Source: Phycisphaeraceae bacterium
GTDB lineage: Bacteria > Planctomycetota > Phycisphaerae > Phycisphaerales > Phycisphaeraceae
DNA: 64,000 nucleotides
Direction of reading: 5' to 3'
Assembly (NCBI GenBank): GCA_963674705.1
Contig: OY771506.1
Location: 2,016,001-2,080,000, forward strand
The position numbers and the translations under genes were made by a program. How positions within the stretch are numbered: the first letter of the stretch is position 1; each line of letters begins with the position of its first letter. Under the pieces are notes generated by a model. It saw only the letters and a list, made by a program, of their open reading frames with translations, searched no databases and was not told the DNA's origin. Below are positions 49,701 to 58,826 of this stretch, piece by piece.

Positions 49701-52700
49701 GTCATGACCGCCGTGGGGGTATCGATCGTGAAGAATGTGACGTAGCCCTCTTCTGTAGTCGTGACACTGGGGGCCCCGACCAGGATCGTCCCATTGTAGA
49801 TCGCAACAGACTGCCCCATCCGGTCGTCGTTATGCGAACTAGTGGTGCCTGAGAGAGTCGTTGATAGGGAGGCACCCGATGAAGCGAGGTTAAAGATATA
49901 CGCGTTTCCGGGAGTATTTAGTACGCCGGTGACTTTCGGTTCACCGATGACAAGGGTCTGGTTCTGTAAGGCTACGGCCGTGCCGTAAGCTTGGTAAGCC
50001 ACTGGTGTTGTCAAGTTAACAGCATCACGATCATCCGTGTTGGACAGGTTAAGCCACGTGTCTTCTTTACGTTCGAAAAGGTGTGCATTTCCGGCGCTGG
50101 GTATGGTACTACGAGTGCGATTCTTCTCACCGACGAGAAGGTACCTGCCTTCTAATGCAACCGATGAGCCGAAGTGAGCATTCGCGGAGGGGTAGCCCAT
50201 TACCAACCGGAGGGTCATATCCCACTGGTCGTGCTCTTCTTCAAATACAAAGACTTCGCCAGCATCGGTGACGCCACTGACTTCACGGAACGGTGAACCA
50301 ACGGCAATGGCGTTGCCCGATACGGCAACGGCGTACCCAAATTGGGCTCCGTCTTCATTCGAGGCACTCCCACCGACAGATCCACGGGGGAAGAGCCCTA
50401 AAGATGTGACCAGTTCATACTCGTCACTATCTGATATCTTGTAGACGTAGGCGCGACCTCTTTTATCTTGTACAGGATTGGTGTCGAGTCTTTCCCATCC
50501 GGGTGCGCCGACAACTAACGTGTCTTTATCAAGGTCGACTGCGAATCCATATTCATGCTCTTCATAATTGTAGTCGTCGCCGTGGTAGGGGTCTTCGAGC
50601 GGGGTGGTATCCATCGTCCAGTCACCATCCACACGCTTGAAGTGAAAAACAGCACCGGAATCTGTATCCGTCCCGTCATAATACGGAGCCCCGACAACGG
50701 CGCGGTTACCGCTGATCGCGACCGAGAAACCGAACTGATCATTATTTGTTGCATTTGTGCCAAGGTCGAAAGACCCATCGCTGATCCAGTCGGTGACGTC
50801 ACCGTCGGTGTTTTCGTCATCCACATCACGTTTGTAAAAATACACCTTACCCGCGTTGGTCGCCGTTCCAGTGATGTTATTTTTGGGAGCACCGATGATG
50901 GCGAAGTTCCCCGAGATATCTACTGCATAACCAAATTCGTCTTCCGTTGCCGTGCTAGAAATGATCTGGACGGTCGCCCCATCGATACCCGACAATGGGT
51001 TGGAATCGACATTGACAACGCTGTAACTCTCGGTGGTGATCCCACTCTTGTTTGAGGCGGATACCTTCAGCATGTACAGGCCGTCGGCGCCGGGCCGCCA
51101 GTCGGCAACATATTCATCCTCAGCGTCTTCGGGATAAGTAGCACTTAGGCGGATGGGTGTTGCATCTGGGCTGTGGTAGATCTCAAAGGTGACGGAGTCG
51201 GGATCAACGTCCCCGGTATCCGTGATCAAGGCACGTATCAGGTGCGAGGTTTCTCCTGTATGTCCCAGGTATTGCCCATCCGCAGGATTCAGCATCACAA
51301 TCGTCGGTGCGGCCGGGGCGGTGGACGGAGAAACGTTGAACATCACAGTGTCGAAGTCGGAGTTGCCACCCGAGTCGGTGGTGGTGACCCTGAGCACGTA
51401 ACTGCCTTCGGTATTGAAGGTGACGTAAGGCTCTTCGCTGGTCGCGTTATGAGATGAGTCTGTGCTAAACGTGACAGTAGAGTTATCAGGTTGAGAGACG
51501 ACGGTCCAGGTTACCGTAAGTGAGGAATCTTCGGTGTCGGAGAGTGTGGCAATGTCCAGCTCTTGATATTCGTCTCCCGCGATAGCAGTGACTTCGTCGT
51601 TGCCATCGATGACCACTACAGGCGGTGCGTTGTTCGCAGTAACATCGATCAAGACCGGGATGGGGCTGGATATCCAACCGTCTTGAGCAATGATTTTTAC
51701 CGAAAATGCGTCGATATCGGGATCTGAGACGTCAGCATCGGGATACCAAACGAGTTCGTCACCATTTTGGATGACGACAGAATCATCGAGTTCAACCTCG
51801 ATGTCATCTTTAAAAAGACGACCCGATTCCAACGAAGTGACTACCAGAATTACTGGTTCACCGGCGTATTCGGGATCACCACTGGTGTCGTTAGGGAATC
51901 CTGCGTCGTCTGTCAGATTGTCGTACGAGATCGTGAGGGGGGTGTCTTCGGTGGTCCCTGTTGACAGGGGGATCGACTCGGGTATGACATTGATTACAAC
52001 TGTATCTGAGTCAGATTTCTTATCTGGTAAATTGTTAACATACGCGCCATTGTGGCCTTCATCATTCACATATATATACAAATCGACTCGACCGATAAAA
52101 TCAGGATGTGGTGAAAAACGCAAATCATCAAGTGCATTATGTAAGACCAGAGTATATGAACTATCCATGTACTCGCCATAAAAAGTCATAGATTGTTCAT
52201 TCTGCCCCGTCCAGCTCGGATCGGTCGGGTGTCTTAGTCCGTCAACTGTACTTAGAGAAATGGAGCCAACATTATTACTGCTAATTATTGCAGTATCTGA
52301 TCCATGAACGCGCAGTTCAAGCGTTACTAGCAATTCTTCAGGCATGGAGTCAGCGTCAACAATCCAAAACCGATTAATTGCAAGTGGGCTGACGTTATCA
52401 TCTTCAAATATCAGATCGTTATCCTGGATTATTTCTTGAACATAAGGTGAATTTGACCACTCGCCGTAATTTGAAAAGCGTATCTCAGGCGCCTGATTTT
52501 CTAGGGTACCGAAACCATAAACATGTGGGCAGAAATGTAAGCTTACAAGCGTGAAAAGGATCACGTTGATTAGCGATAACCCGTATCTTGATGGTGCACA
52601 ATTAGTCTTGCGTGATGCAGGAATACAAAGAGAAGTACATGTTCTAATAATAGTATAAATATAATCAAGTACTTGCATGGTAATGCTTCGATTCAGCATC

Positions 52701-52702
52701 AT
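46787..52702 (-). CDS. Large secreted multidomain protein: cadherin/PKD/Ig-like, FG-GAP propeller, alpha/alpha toroid (prenyltransferase-like repeats), C-terminal alpha/beta domain
   Basis: Hydrophobic N-terminal segment; FGYAVDISG...GAP repeats (about 7); DTDGDLISDYQE; TVLAFKATDNAGN; NQDESGCW and QQPNGSW repeats; APARRLGCF...LLDAAIEW. Confidence 0.85.
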   Translation of the reverse strand: MMLNRSITMQVLDYIYTIIRTCTSLCIPASRKTNCAPSRYGLSLINVILFTLVSLHFCPHVYGFGTLENQAPEIRFSNYGEWSNSPYVQEIIQDNDLIFEDDNVSPLAINRFWIVDADSMPEELLVTLELRVHGSDTAIISSNNVGSISLSTVDGLRHPTDPSWTGQNEQSMTFYGEYMDSSYTLVLHNALDDLRFSPHPDFIGRVDLYIYVNDEGHNGAYVNNLPDKKSDSDTVVINVIPESIPLSTGTTEDTPLTISYDNLTDDAGFPNDTSGDPEYAGEPVILVVTSLESGRLFKDDIEVELDDSVVIQNGDELVWYPDADVSDPDIDAFSVKIIAQDGWISSPIPVLIDVTANNAPPVVVIDGNDEVTAIAGDEYQELDIATLSDTEDSSLTVTWTVVSQPDNSTVTFSTDSSHNATSEEPYVTFNTEGSYVLRVTTTDSGGNSDFDTVMFNVSPSTAPAAPTIVMLNPADGQYLGHTGETSHLIRALITDTGDVDPDSVTFEIYHSPDATPIRLSATYPEDAEDEYVADWRPGADGLYMLKVSASNKSGITTESYSVVNVDSNPLSGIDGATVQIISSTATEDEFGYAVDISGNFAIIGAPKNNITGTATNAGKVYFYKRDVDDENTDGDVTDWISDGSFDLGTNATNNDQFGFSVAISGNRAVVGAPYYDGTDTDSGAVFHFKRVDGDWTMDTTPLEDPYHGDDYNYEEHEYGFAVDLDKDTLVVGAPGWERLDTNPVQDKRGRAYVYKISDSDEYELVTSLGLFPRGSVGGSASNEDGAQFGYAVAVSGNAIAVGSPFREVSGVTDAGEVFVFEEEHDQWDMTLRLVMGYPSANAHFGSSVALEGRYLLVGEKNRTRSTIPSAGNAHLFERKEDTWLNLSNTDDRDAVNLTTPVAYQAYGTAVALQNQTLVIGEPKVTGVLNTPGNAYIFNLASSGASLSTTLSGTTSSHNDDRMGQSVAIYNGTILVGAPSVTTTEEGYVTFFTIDTPTAVMTSPRDQDSFAYGQDITVFALPFDPQGVANIGAVKLLVDGDEYETNLGEYSNTPAYYVILSTDLAPGKHTLAIRVTDDDSNTYDTDPITIDIYNVDNTPDEVLGSTPANTDNDTFTLPGEVETQIEDWKELLYYGNLDTIGSDSSSLDTDGDLISDYQELFDGTDPTVADGLPQIVSPMYPLQASTVPAPVSYDSVQDDNYGLRLTINTQGLNTSGSNHEIIITDRFGKEITDRAYISTNGIEIAIDPMDGNDPAAVDESQYLSGITHVYTVSLDNDTTDSIPATVYEIFFTVDASPPVVTASRPGGRVSEDSISVTLTSNDDVQPTNIVYELDGSGTWINYTGAIDINKSTVLAFKATDNAGNVGPVGQVYYQFGDELHPISGFLASYNQSTRYIDCTWDNWVPSAGYTTPIIGYHIYRAINPVDIKRLKDSLENDYPPPHYLRLTGSTDGVSHETTEYTDNDTTPGTTAWYGVTITTADGNESVISNLSEVTTALPPANEPTIDYDIVVKRATRWLIANQDESGCWDGDNTSRIVATSQALNALGRVNGVTENHPDIINRGLAYIAGHFEDNNDAIARSAETLQRYRWHTHAIHTKLEFRANKSGDDLQGWGIQRNYYPDPLHTALGAIARHTASYDTLGLEDITDFLADTTADTTIQSIVGTNRYGWIPRNSDSIYVSALVYKATNQHHPITSPVYSWITPEVDGSYGGNILDTAGVMLALPITDTARDAAKYYLRDQQQPNGSWEDDPFLTALCLEAMADRQALLLHGANGNNVSALGALMERRGYTVTEKTASTFNPSQVYDYQLILVTGDIDHATLGTQIRDVPIPVIVCSAYLYHDMAMAGPETTETGTDADAGIASSQDTISILATDHPLAAGISNLGEVFDSTYSITWAKPVNNRSYIATLESDNTVATIFIYETGDPMVGGLTAPARRLGCFVNSNADALTDEGKALLDAAIEWITTPVVRP

Positions 52703-52788
52703 GATCTACGTTCCTTAAATCTCTACCATGTGTAATGGCACAATGGTCAAGTCGAATCTATTACAAACCCCTGTTACGTTGCTGTGAG

Positions 52789-54084
52789 CTATTGCATGTT
52801 CTCGATAGCTTCAATCTGATTCACGATATGCTCTACCATGGAGATAGTATTTGTGATCTCATCAATTGCAGATGGGCTTGCCTGATCTAGCAGTGAAGAG
52901 AATCTTGAGACATCATGCCTGGCTTGTTCGAAGTTGAAATAGGCAAGATTGTTCAGCACCATCTGTTGTAGACAGGCCAATCTGGTGGAGTCTGTGGTGG
53001 CTAACGACATGGCACTATTAAGTAATTGTTGACCCGAAAGGGGTGATGGCTTATGAGTATCGTCGGTGAGGCCAACACTGTATGCCTTGGCAATCATCCA
53101 TTGTGCACGCAGGTCGTCTAAAAGTGAGGTGTCTTTGATTAAGGTATCGAGTTGGGTATGCCATGCAGGTGCATCAGATGTTTGGCTGAAGGATGATGAA
53201 AGAACACGCAAAATGTCCTGTCTCAGATCTCCCTCTGTAGCCGCAACAAGCAACATGTCGCGCTGTGCCTGACTACGAATTGGTTGAGCCAGTAGTTCCA
53301 CATATTCGTAGCGGAAACGCCAGTACAGTTCCGTGTTCGTCATCTTCTCTAAATAAGCCGGCAGATGTTCCACGTACTGGCTGCTCGTGGATTGGTAGTC
53401 ATCTAGGAGATCGAAGATTTCCTGCCAAATCCTCAGAGACGATGCTTCACGGGCATCCGTCAGGTTGAAAGGTGCTTTGGATTCGATCTCGGTAGCCCAA
53501 CGTTTACCGAGGTCCTGGGCCAATGCAATTTTCTCGTCTGCCGTCAGGTGCGGAGCAAGTGCTCGTACCGCGGCTCCAAGATCTCTGGCTGGGACTTGAT
53601 GGCTGTCTTCTGTACTTAACGCCTTGAGGATACTCGTCTTGAACTGTGGTGCTGATGCAAGTTGCTCCGGAGTCTCGAGTTGTGCCAGGAGCCAAACGTT
53701 CTGATTAAACGATAATGTGGTGGTGCTCTTGGCTCCATCCAGCCATGCCAAGACGATCGCACCACGGTCATCGCTACCAGAGCGTAAATAGCGGTACAGC
53801 GTCTGGATGTCTTGCAGTTCCTGATATGTCAGCTTCGGGGCAAGGCCATCGGCTGATGCGTACGCCTCTTCTATAGCCATTGCGATCGCCTGCTTATCTA
53901 GAGCGCTGGCCGATTTGGCTATCCGAGGCGCCTGCCCCAGAAGGTCTGAGATGGAGGTGCTTCTGATGGCAGACTCACTCGCGAGTGGATGCTTCGATTC
54001 GACTTGTGCTAATAGCGGAGAAGAAAGCAATGCCATTGAGGTGCAGATTGCTCCCATCGCCATTAGATTGCGTAGCGCGTACAT
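52789..54084 (-). CDS. Secreted alpha-helical hypothetical protein
   Basis: Signal peptide MYALRNLMAMGAICTSMALLSSPLLA; C-terminal half similar to the 54172 protein. Start moved from 54135 to ATG 54084. Confidence 0.75.
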   Translation of the reverse strand: MYALRNLMAMGAICTSMALLSSPLLAQVESKHPLASESAIRSTSISDLLGQAPRIAKSASALDKQAIAMAIEEAYASADGLAPKLTYQELQDIQTLYRYLRSGSDDRGAIVLAWLDGAKSTTTLSFNQNVWLLAQLETPEQLASAPQFKTSILKALSTEDSHQVPARDLGAAVRALAPHLTADEKIALAQDLGKRWATEIESKAPFNLTDAREASSLRIWQEIFDLLDDYQSTSSQYVEHLPAYLEKMTNTELYWRFRYEYVELLAQPIRSQAQRDMLLVAATEGDLRQDILRVLSSSFSQTSDAPAWHTQLDTLIKDTSLLDDLRAQWMIAKAYSVGLTDDTHKPSPLSGQQLLNSAMSLATTDSTRLACLQQMVLNNLAYFNFEQARHDVSRFSSLLDQASPSAIDEITNTISMVEHIVNQIEAIENMQ

Positions 54085-54171
54085 CTTGGTTCGTCGTTTG
54101 TGCTTTTGCGTGTGCACCGTATGTCTCCTGGACACTGTGGTGAGGTATTTATCTTTAAAGATCGTGGGTAA

Positions 54172-55836
54172 TCACTTGTCTGCGCTGTTGTTCGAGACCT
54201 GAAGCTGCATATCGTTGACTTCACTGAGGGTTGGCGAATCACTCAGCTTGGAGGCTTCTGCTGCCAAGATGGCCTCTGCTTTGTCTGAACGGTTAAATCG
54301 CATGTCGTCTGCCACGATCCACTTAAGAACCGCCAGACGGTCTTGTTCATCTGACGCTGCCGATAGTGCATCTACAGCCCACTCGCGTGGTGTTTTTGTA
54401 TCGGTAGGGTCGTTAACGGTGAGTCCGACTGGTGATGCTGCATCGGCTCTCATGAGCATCCACCGGGAACGCTGGTTCATGGGAAGCGATTCGTTTGCGG
54501 CTTTGTCTTCCAGTTCGCTGCGCCAAAGTGCAGCTTGTGCTGTTCCGCGGTAGCGCCAGGTCAGGAGCTTGCCGATTTTAACCCGGGGATTACCCTGATC
54601 ATCTACAAGCCGGGTACGGAGGTCCTCTCGTAGTTGTTCAGTATCAAACAAGCTGGCCATGTTCTCATAATGCCAGTGGAACCCATCGATCGAATCTGTT
54701 TCTTCAAAGCGATCAGCCACATAATGGGCAAGTGTTTCTAATTGATCTTCATCAAGACGTGGTGCTAGCGAGCGGAGTACGCGTGCCAAGCCCATCCCTT
54801 GCGAATCAGCCACGGCCAGCAGGCTTGGGTCGATCGCCAATCGGTCTCGGAGGTGTTCAATGAGCCTGCGCTCGGCTTCTCGTGCTTGTGGGTGTGTGCG
54901 TGCCAGGAATATCCAGTCGTATAGGGCATTGAATTCGCGGTATGTTGCGTTCTGCATCCACACGTTGCTGTTGAGCAGCCATGTGAGGGTCCATTCGGTA
55001 ACCAGCGATTCATCTATCCCGGCCTTACGAGATTCCTTGCGTAGGTAATCGATGTTCCAGACGGTAAATCCCAGGAATGCGTCTTGATTCGATCCTACAA
55101 GATCCATGATCTGCGAGGCGATGTCTTGATCTTTTTCGGCGTGATCAGTACTTGAATTGGATGTGATTAATCGGAGCTTTGCGTAGAGTGCAGTCGCACT
55201 ATTCCCATCCGATTCTGCCATGAGGTTATCGATATGGTTGATCAGGGTCTGACGTGTGTTTGACATGTCCTCATCAAGCGTCTGCTCGACATCATTTACC
55301 CAACCAATCAGCAAGCCCAGTTCGGTATTCCCGGCCCGATCAAGCATGCTGGTGTTGGTTAACAGATAGGTCTTCGTCCACTCACTTGTCGTGTCTGATG
55401 TTATATCCAATTCTTTTGCTAGACGACGCAAACGCCATACATCCCAAACACCTAGGCTGGAAAGCTCGCCACGATTGCTTTGAATCCGGTCGGTTAATGC
55501 GGTCGCCAGAATGTCGTGACGACTGCTATCAATCCGGTCTTGGAATCGCTCGGCCAACTTGGTGAATTCAGATAAACCAAGTGAAGCCTCCTCGCCACCA
55601 TCATCTAGATATAAGGTCCAAACATGATTCGTGAGTAACTCACGATCTGTTGCGGCTAAAGATGCCCAGGTTTCAGCGCTTAATGAAGAGAGTACTTCAT
55701 TGGGCGTCCATTCCTGCCAGTCTTTTGGCAGGTCGGCCGATACCCTTCCTCCAATACAAACGATTATGACACACGCCAGAGTACGAATGAACCTTTTTAA
55801 TAGGTTCTGATGATTCAATTTCATGATTATGAACAC
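54172..55836 (-). CDS. Secreted alpha-helical hypothetical protein with an internal repeat
   Basis: Signal-like IRTLACVIIVCIGGRVSA; duplicated segment VW....LR...........EWT...LL; paralogous C-terminus. Confidence 0.75.
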   Translation of the reverse strand: MFIIMKLNHQNLLKRFIRTLACVIIVCIGGRVSADLPKDWQEWTPNEVLSSLSAETWASLAATDRELLTNHVWTLYLDDGGEEASLGLSEFTKLAERFQDRIDSSRHDILATALTDRIQSNRGELSSLGVWDVWRLRRLAKELDITSDTTSEWTKTYLLTNTSMLDRAGNTELGLLIGWVNDVEQTLDEDMSNTRQTLINHIDNLMAESDGNSATALYAKLRLITSNSSTDHAEKDQDIASQIMDLVGSNQDAFLGFTVWNIDYLRKESRKAGIDESLVTEWTLTWLLNSNVWMQNATYREFNALYDWIFLARTHPQAREAERRLIEHLRDRLAIDPSLLAVADSQGMGLARVLRSLAPRLDEDQLETLAHYVADRFEETDSIDGFHWHYENMASLFDTEQLREDLRTRLVDDQGNPRVKIGKLLTWRYRGTAQAALWRSELEDKAANESLPMNQRSRWMLMRADAASPVGLTVNDPTDTKTPREWAVDALSAASDEQDRLAVLKWIVADDMRFNRSDKAEAILAAEASKLSDSPTLSEVNDMQLQVSNNSADK

Positions 55837-55881
55837 CTTTTGTTGATGTAGACTCGTTCTGAACGTGTCCTCTTATTGCGT

Positions 55882-56028
55882 GCGTAATTACCGCGCATCA
55901 TTGATCGGAAGCCAGATGCTTGTGACCAATGAATGCAACATGCATGGCAGATTGATGAGTGTTGACTATCAACCTGATTGACGCACCGGCAAAACACTTG
56001 CCGCAAATAAGCGCGTAACTACCGCGCA
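55882..56028. repeat. Pair of 16-bp near-palindromic direct repeats in the divergent intergenic region
   Basis: GCGTAATTACCGCGCA (55882-55897) and GCGTAACTACCGCGCA (56013-56028). Confidence 0.7.
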
Positions 56029-56547
56029 CGTGCACTTACAGCTTTAGTTGTATTTAGGATCCTCCCTGATCCCCCATCCAGATAAGATAGCACAACGTAC
56101 CCACACGATCAGATTCAGGCTGGTAATGCCGGAAACAGTGGGCTAATGAACCCCCAAGATAATGGTATAACACGGCGAGAAGAAGGCAAACATTAAAGCC
56201 CGGCTCTCTTATGATGACCTATGTATCAGCAGCCGATATCAAAGTCAAGGATATTTTTATTCCATCTGAAAATTCAAAGGCATTATCGTGATTACTTCAT
56301 GTCGTCAGGTATAGACGTCTAAGACAATCTTCTAATACTATGTAGATTGTCGGATGTCGAAGATCGGCAAGTGTACATGCGCTTATACGAGACCAGGAGA
56401 ATCTGGAATGTGGTCCAGATGCTTCTTTAGAAGATGAATCTACCAAGGATTATATTCTCAGAACAGCAAGTATATGGCATGTATTACCAGAACCTTCTTG
56501 CTAAACTATATTGGGCGACTTAGGGATGCCCTTCGGGAGTTATATAC

Positions 56548-58800
56548 ATGCCCAGGCTCACAGTTACTCTGATTGCTTTCTTATGCTTGGCAACTTCAGC
56601 CGTAGCACCTCTTCGAGAAGCCATCGCGCAGGTTCCGAACAACGACGATCCGATGATCGAATTGACTTTCAGTGAGAATGTCGAGCTGAAGGTGGTGATC
56701 GATTATGTCGCCAAGCGGCTGGATATGAATGTGTTGTATGACGAGCAGGTGGGGAACAAGCTGGTAACGATCAAATCGCCGGGGCCTGTGCCGCGCAGTT
56801 CGCTGTTGGGATTGTTGCAGAGCGTGCTGCGGATGAAGGGGCTGGTGCTGGTGGATGCGGACGAGCCGGGCTGGAAGCGTGTGGTGATCGTCGGGGAGAT
56901 GGGGGCCTATGCGAAGGCGGATAAAGACCCGCAGTCCGGGGCTCGGGCGGTGACGCAAGTATTTCGTTTGAGTAATCTGGATGGCAAACAAGCCGAGCAG
57001 ATGGTGGTGCCTTTACTGACCCGTCCCGGCGGCAACGCGATCGGTATTCCTAGGCAGCCGATCGTGATCGTTACGGACTTCGCATCAAATATGCCACGCA
57101 TTGAACAGGTGTTGAGCCTGATTGACGAACCACGCAGCGGTGTGGTGTTGCGGTCGTACACGGTTCAGCATGCGGCGTTGACTGAGTTGTCGCGGCTGGT
57201 CCAGGAGCTGATCAGTGCCCGTCAAAAAGCTGAATGGGGATCTTCGCAAGACAGTGGTTTGCAGGTCACGCTTACACCTGTGCCGCACGCGAACCGGATC
57301 GTGGCGGTGGGTGTCCAGCAGCAGGTCGAAGAAGCGTTACGGTTGCTGCAGGATTTGGATGTGCCCGACCGGCTGATCACGCGTGCGTATCAGTTTCAGT
57401 ATACGACGCCGACGCAAATCAATGATCTCGTGCAGGGCCTGCTCGATCCGGCGATGCCGCAGACGAAGTACCGCCAGGTGATCGATGAAGACCTGGGCCT
57501 GTTGGTTGTCGTCACGACCGAAGCGATCCACAGTCAGATTGAAGCGTTAGCGAACGATCTGGATGTGGCGCCATTAGAGGACGAGAATCCGGTTCGCATC
57601 TACCGGTTGTTGAACACCGAAGCGGCGGATGTGCTGGCAACGATCCGGACGCTGGAAAGCGGCGTGGGGTTTGATAATTTTCTTTTAGCGGAAACCGGGG
57701 AAGGCGGCACCGGCGTAGCCGATAGCAAGCAACCGGGCTCAAGTCTTACCACCACTGCTGTTGATAGAAAGAGTAATTCAACATCGCCACCCAAACGTTC
57801 TTCAACGGACCGGATACTCAGCAATCTCGATGCGAGCGGGGGGGCACTTCTGCCTTCGGGCAATGTGGATGTACGGGTTGCGGTTGATGAGCATACGAAT
57901 AGCATTCTGGTCATCGCGCCGCCTGCTGAGCAAAAGGTTTATGAACGCCTGATCGAGTTGTTGGATCAGCGCCGGCCACAAGTGATGATCGAAGCGGTTA
58001 TTGTCACGCTGGATACAAGCAATGGTTACACGTTTGGTGTGGAGATCGCTGGTTCGGGGTCTGCAGGGAGCCTCGGGGGGGACTATCTGGTATTCAGCTC
58101 TTTCGGGCTCAGCGAGCCAGACACGTCGACCGGGTCACTGGCATTGATCCCTGGATTGGGATTCAACGGCACGCTATTGAATTCGGATGTGGCGGATGTG
58201 GTGATCAGGGCGCTGCGCACGAACGGCCGAGCAACGGTGATGTCCGCGCCGCGGATTCTGGTGAACGATAACACTGCGGGCACGTTGAGCAGCGTCGCGG
58301 CGGAGCCTTACGCGGCGATTGTGGATTCATCCAACAACACCTCCACCACAACACTCGGCGGCAATTCCGAGGCCGGTACGACGATTACCGTTACGCCGCG
58401 AATCAGCATGGATGATTACCTTCAGCTTGAATATAACATCGAGCTGAGTAACTTTACCGGCGATCGATCTGCAAACCTACCGCCGCCAAGTCAGCGCAAC
58501 ACGATCCAGAGCGATGTCACCATCCCCGACGGTTACACGATCGTGGTCGGTGGGATCAACCGTATCGATAATTCGAACACGGAATCCGGCATCCCCGTGC
58601 TCAGTGAGATTCCCGTCCTCAAACATTTATTCAGCAGCCAGGATGTCAGCCACCGTGAGCAGACGTTGTTTGTGTTTATCCGCCCGGTGATCTTGCGGGA
58701 CGATCGTTTCGCTGACCTGAAGTATTTGTCCGGCAGGGATCGTGACCTGGCGGGGCTGGATAGTGAGTATCCGAGCAGTGAATCGTTGTCCGTTTATTGA
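56548..58800 (+). CDS. gspD: Type II secretion secretin
   Basis: Signal peptide; repeated N domains; LDQRRPQVMIEAVIV, MSAPRILVNDN, GIPVLSEIPVLKHLF, LFVFIRPVIL. Confidence 0.93.
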   Translation: MPRLTVTLIAFLCLATSAVAPLREAIAQVPNNDDPMIELTFSENVELKVVIDYVAKRLDMNVLYDEQVGNKLVTIKSPGPVPRSSLLGLLQSVLRMKGLVLVDADEPGWKRVVIVGEMGAYAKADKDPQSGARAVTQVFRLSNLDGKQAEQMVVPLLTRPGGNAIGIPRQPIVIVTDFASNMPRIEQVLSLIDEPRSGVVLRSYTVQHAALTELSRLVQELISARQKAEWGSSQDSGLQVTLTPVPHANRIVAVGVQQQVEEALRLLQDLDVPDRLITRAYQFQYTTPTQINDLVQGLLDPAMPQTKYRQVIDEDLGLLVVVTTEAIHSQIEALANDLDVAPLEDENPVRIYRLLNTEAADVLATIRTLESGVGFDNFLLAETGEGGTGVADSKQPGSSLTTTAVDRKSNSTSPPKRSSTDRILSNLDASGGALLPSGNVDVRVAVDEHTNSILVIAPPAEQKVYERLIELLDQRRPQVMIEAVIVTLDTSNGYTFGVEIAGSGSAGSLGGDYLVFSSFGLSEPDTSTGSLALIPGLGFNGTLLNSDVADVVIRALRTNGRATVMSAPRILVNDNTAGTLSSVAAEPYAAIVDSSNNTSTTTLGGNSEAGTTITVTPRISMDDYLQLEYNIELSNFTGDRSANLPPPSQRNTIQSDVTIPDGYTIVVGGINRIDNSNTESGIPVLSEIPVLKHLFSSQDVSHREQTLFVFIRPVILRDDRFADLKYLSGRDRDLAGLDSEYPSSESLSVY

Positions 58801-58826
58801 TCCGTTCGCGTGCAAGGTAGATAGCT

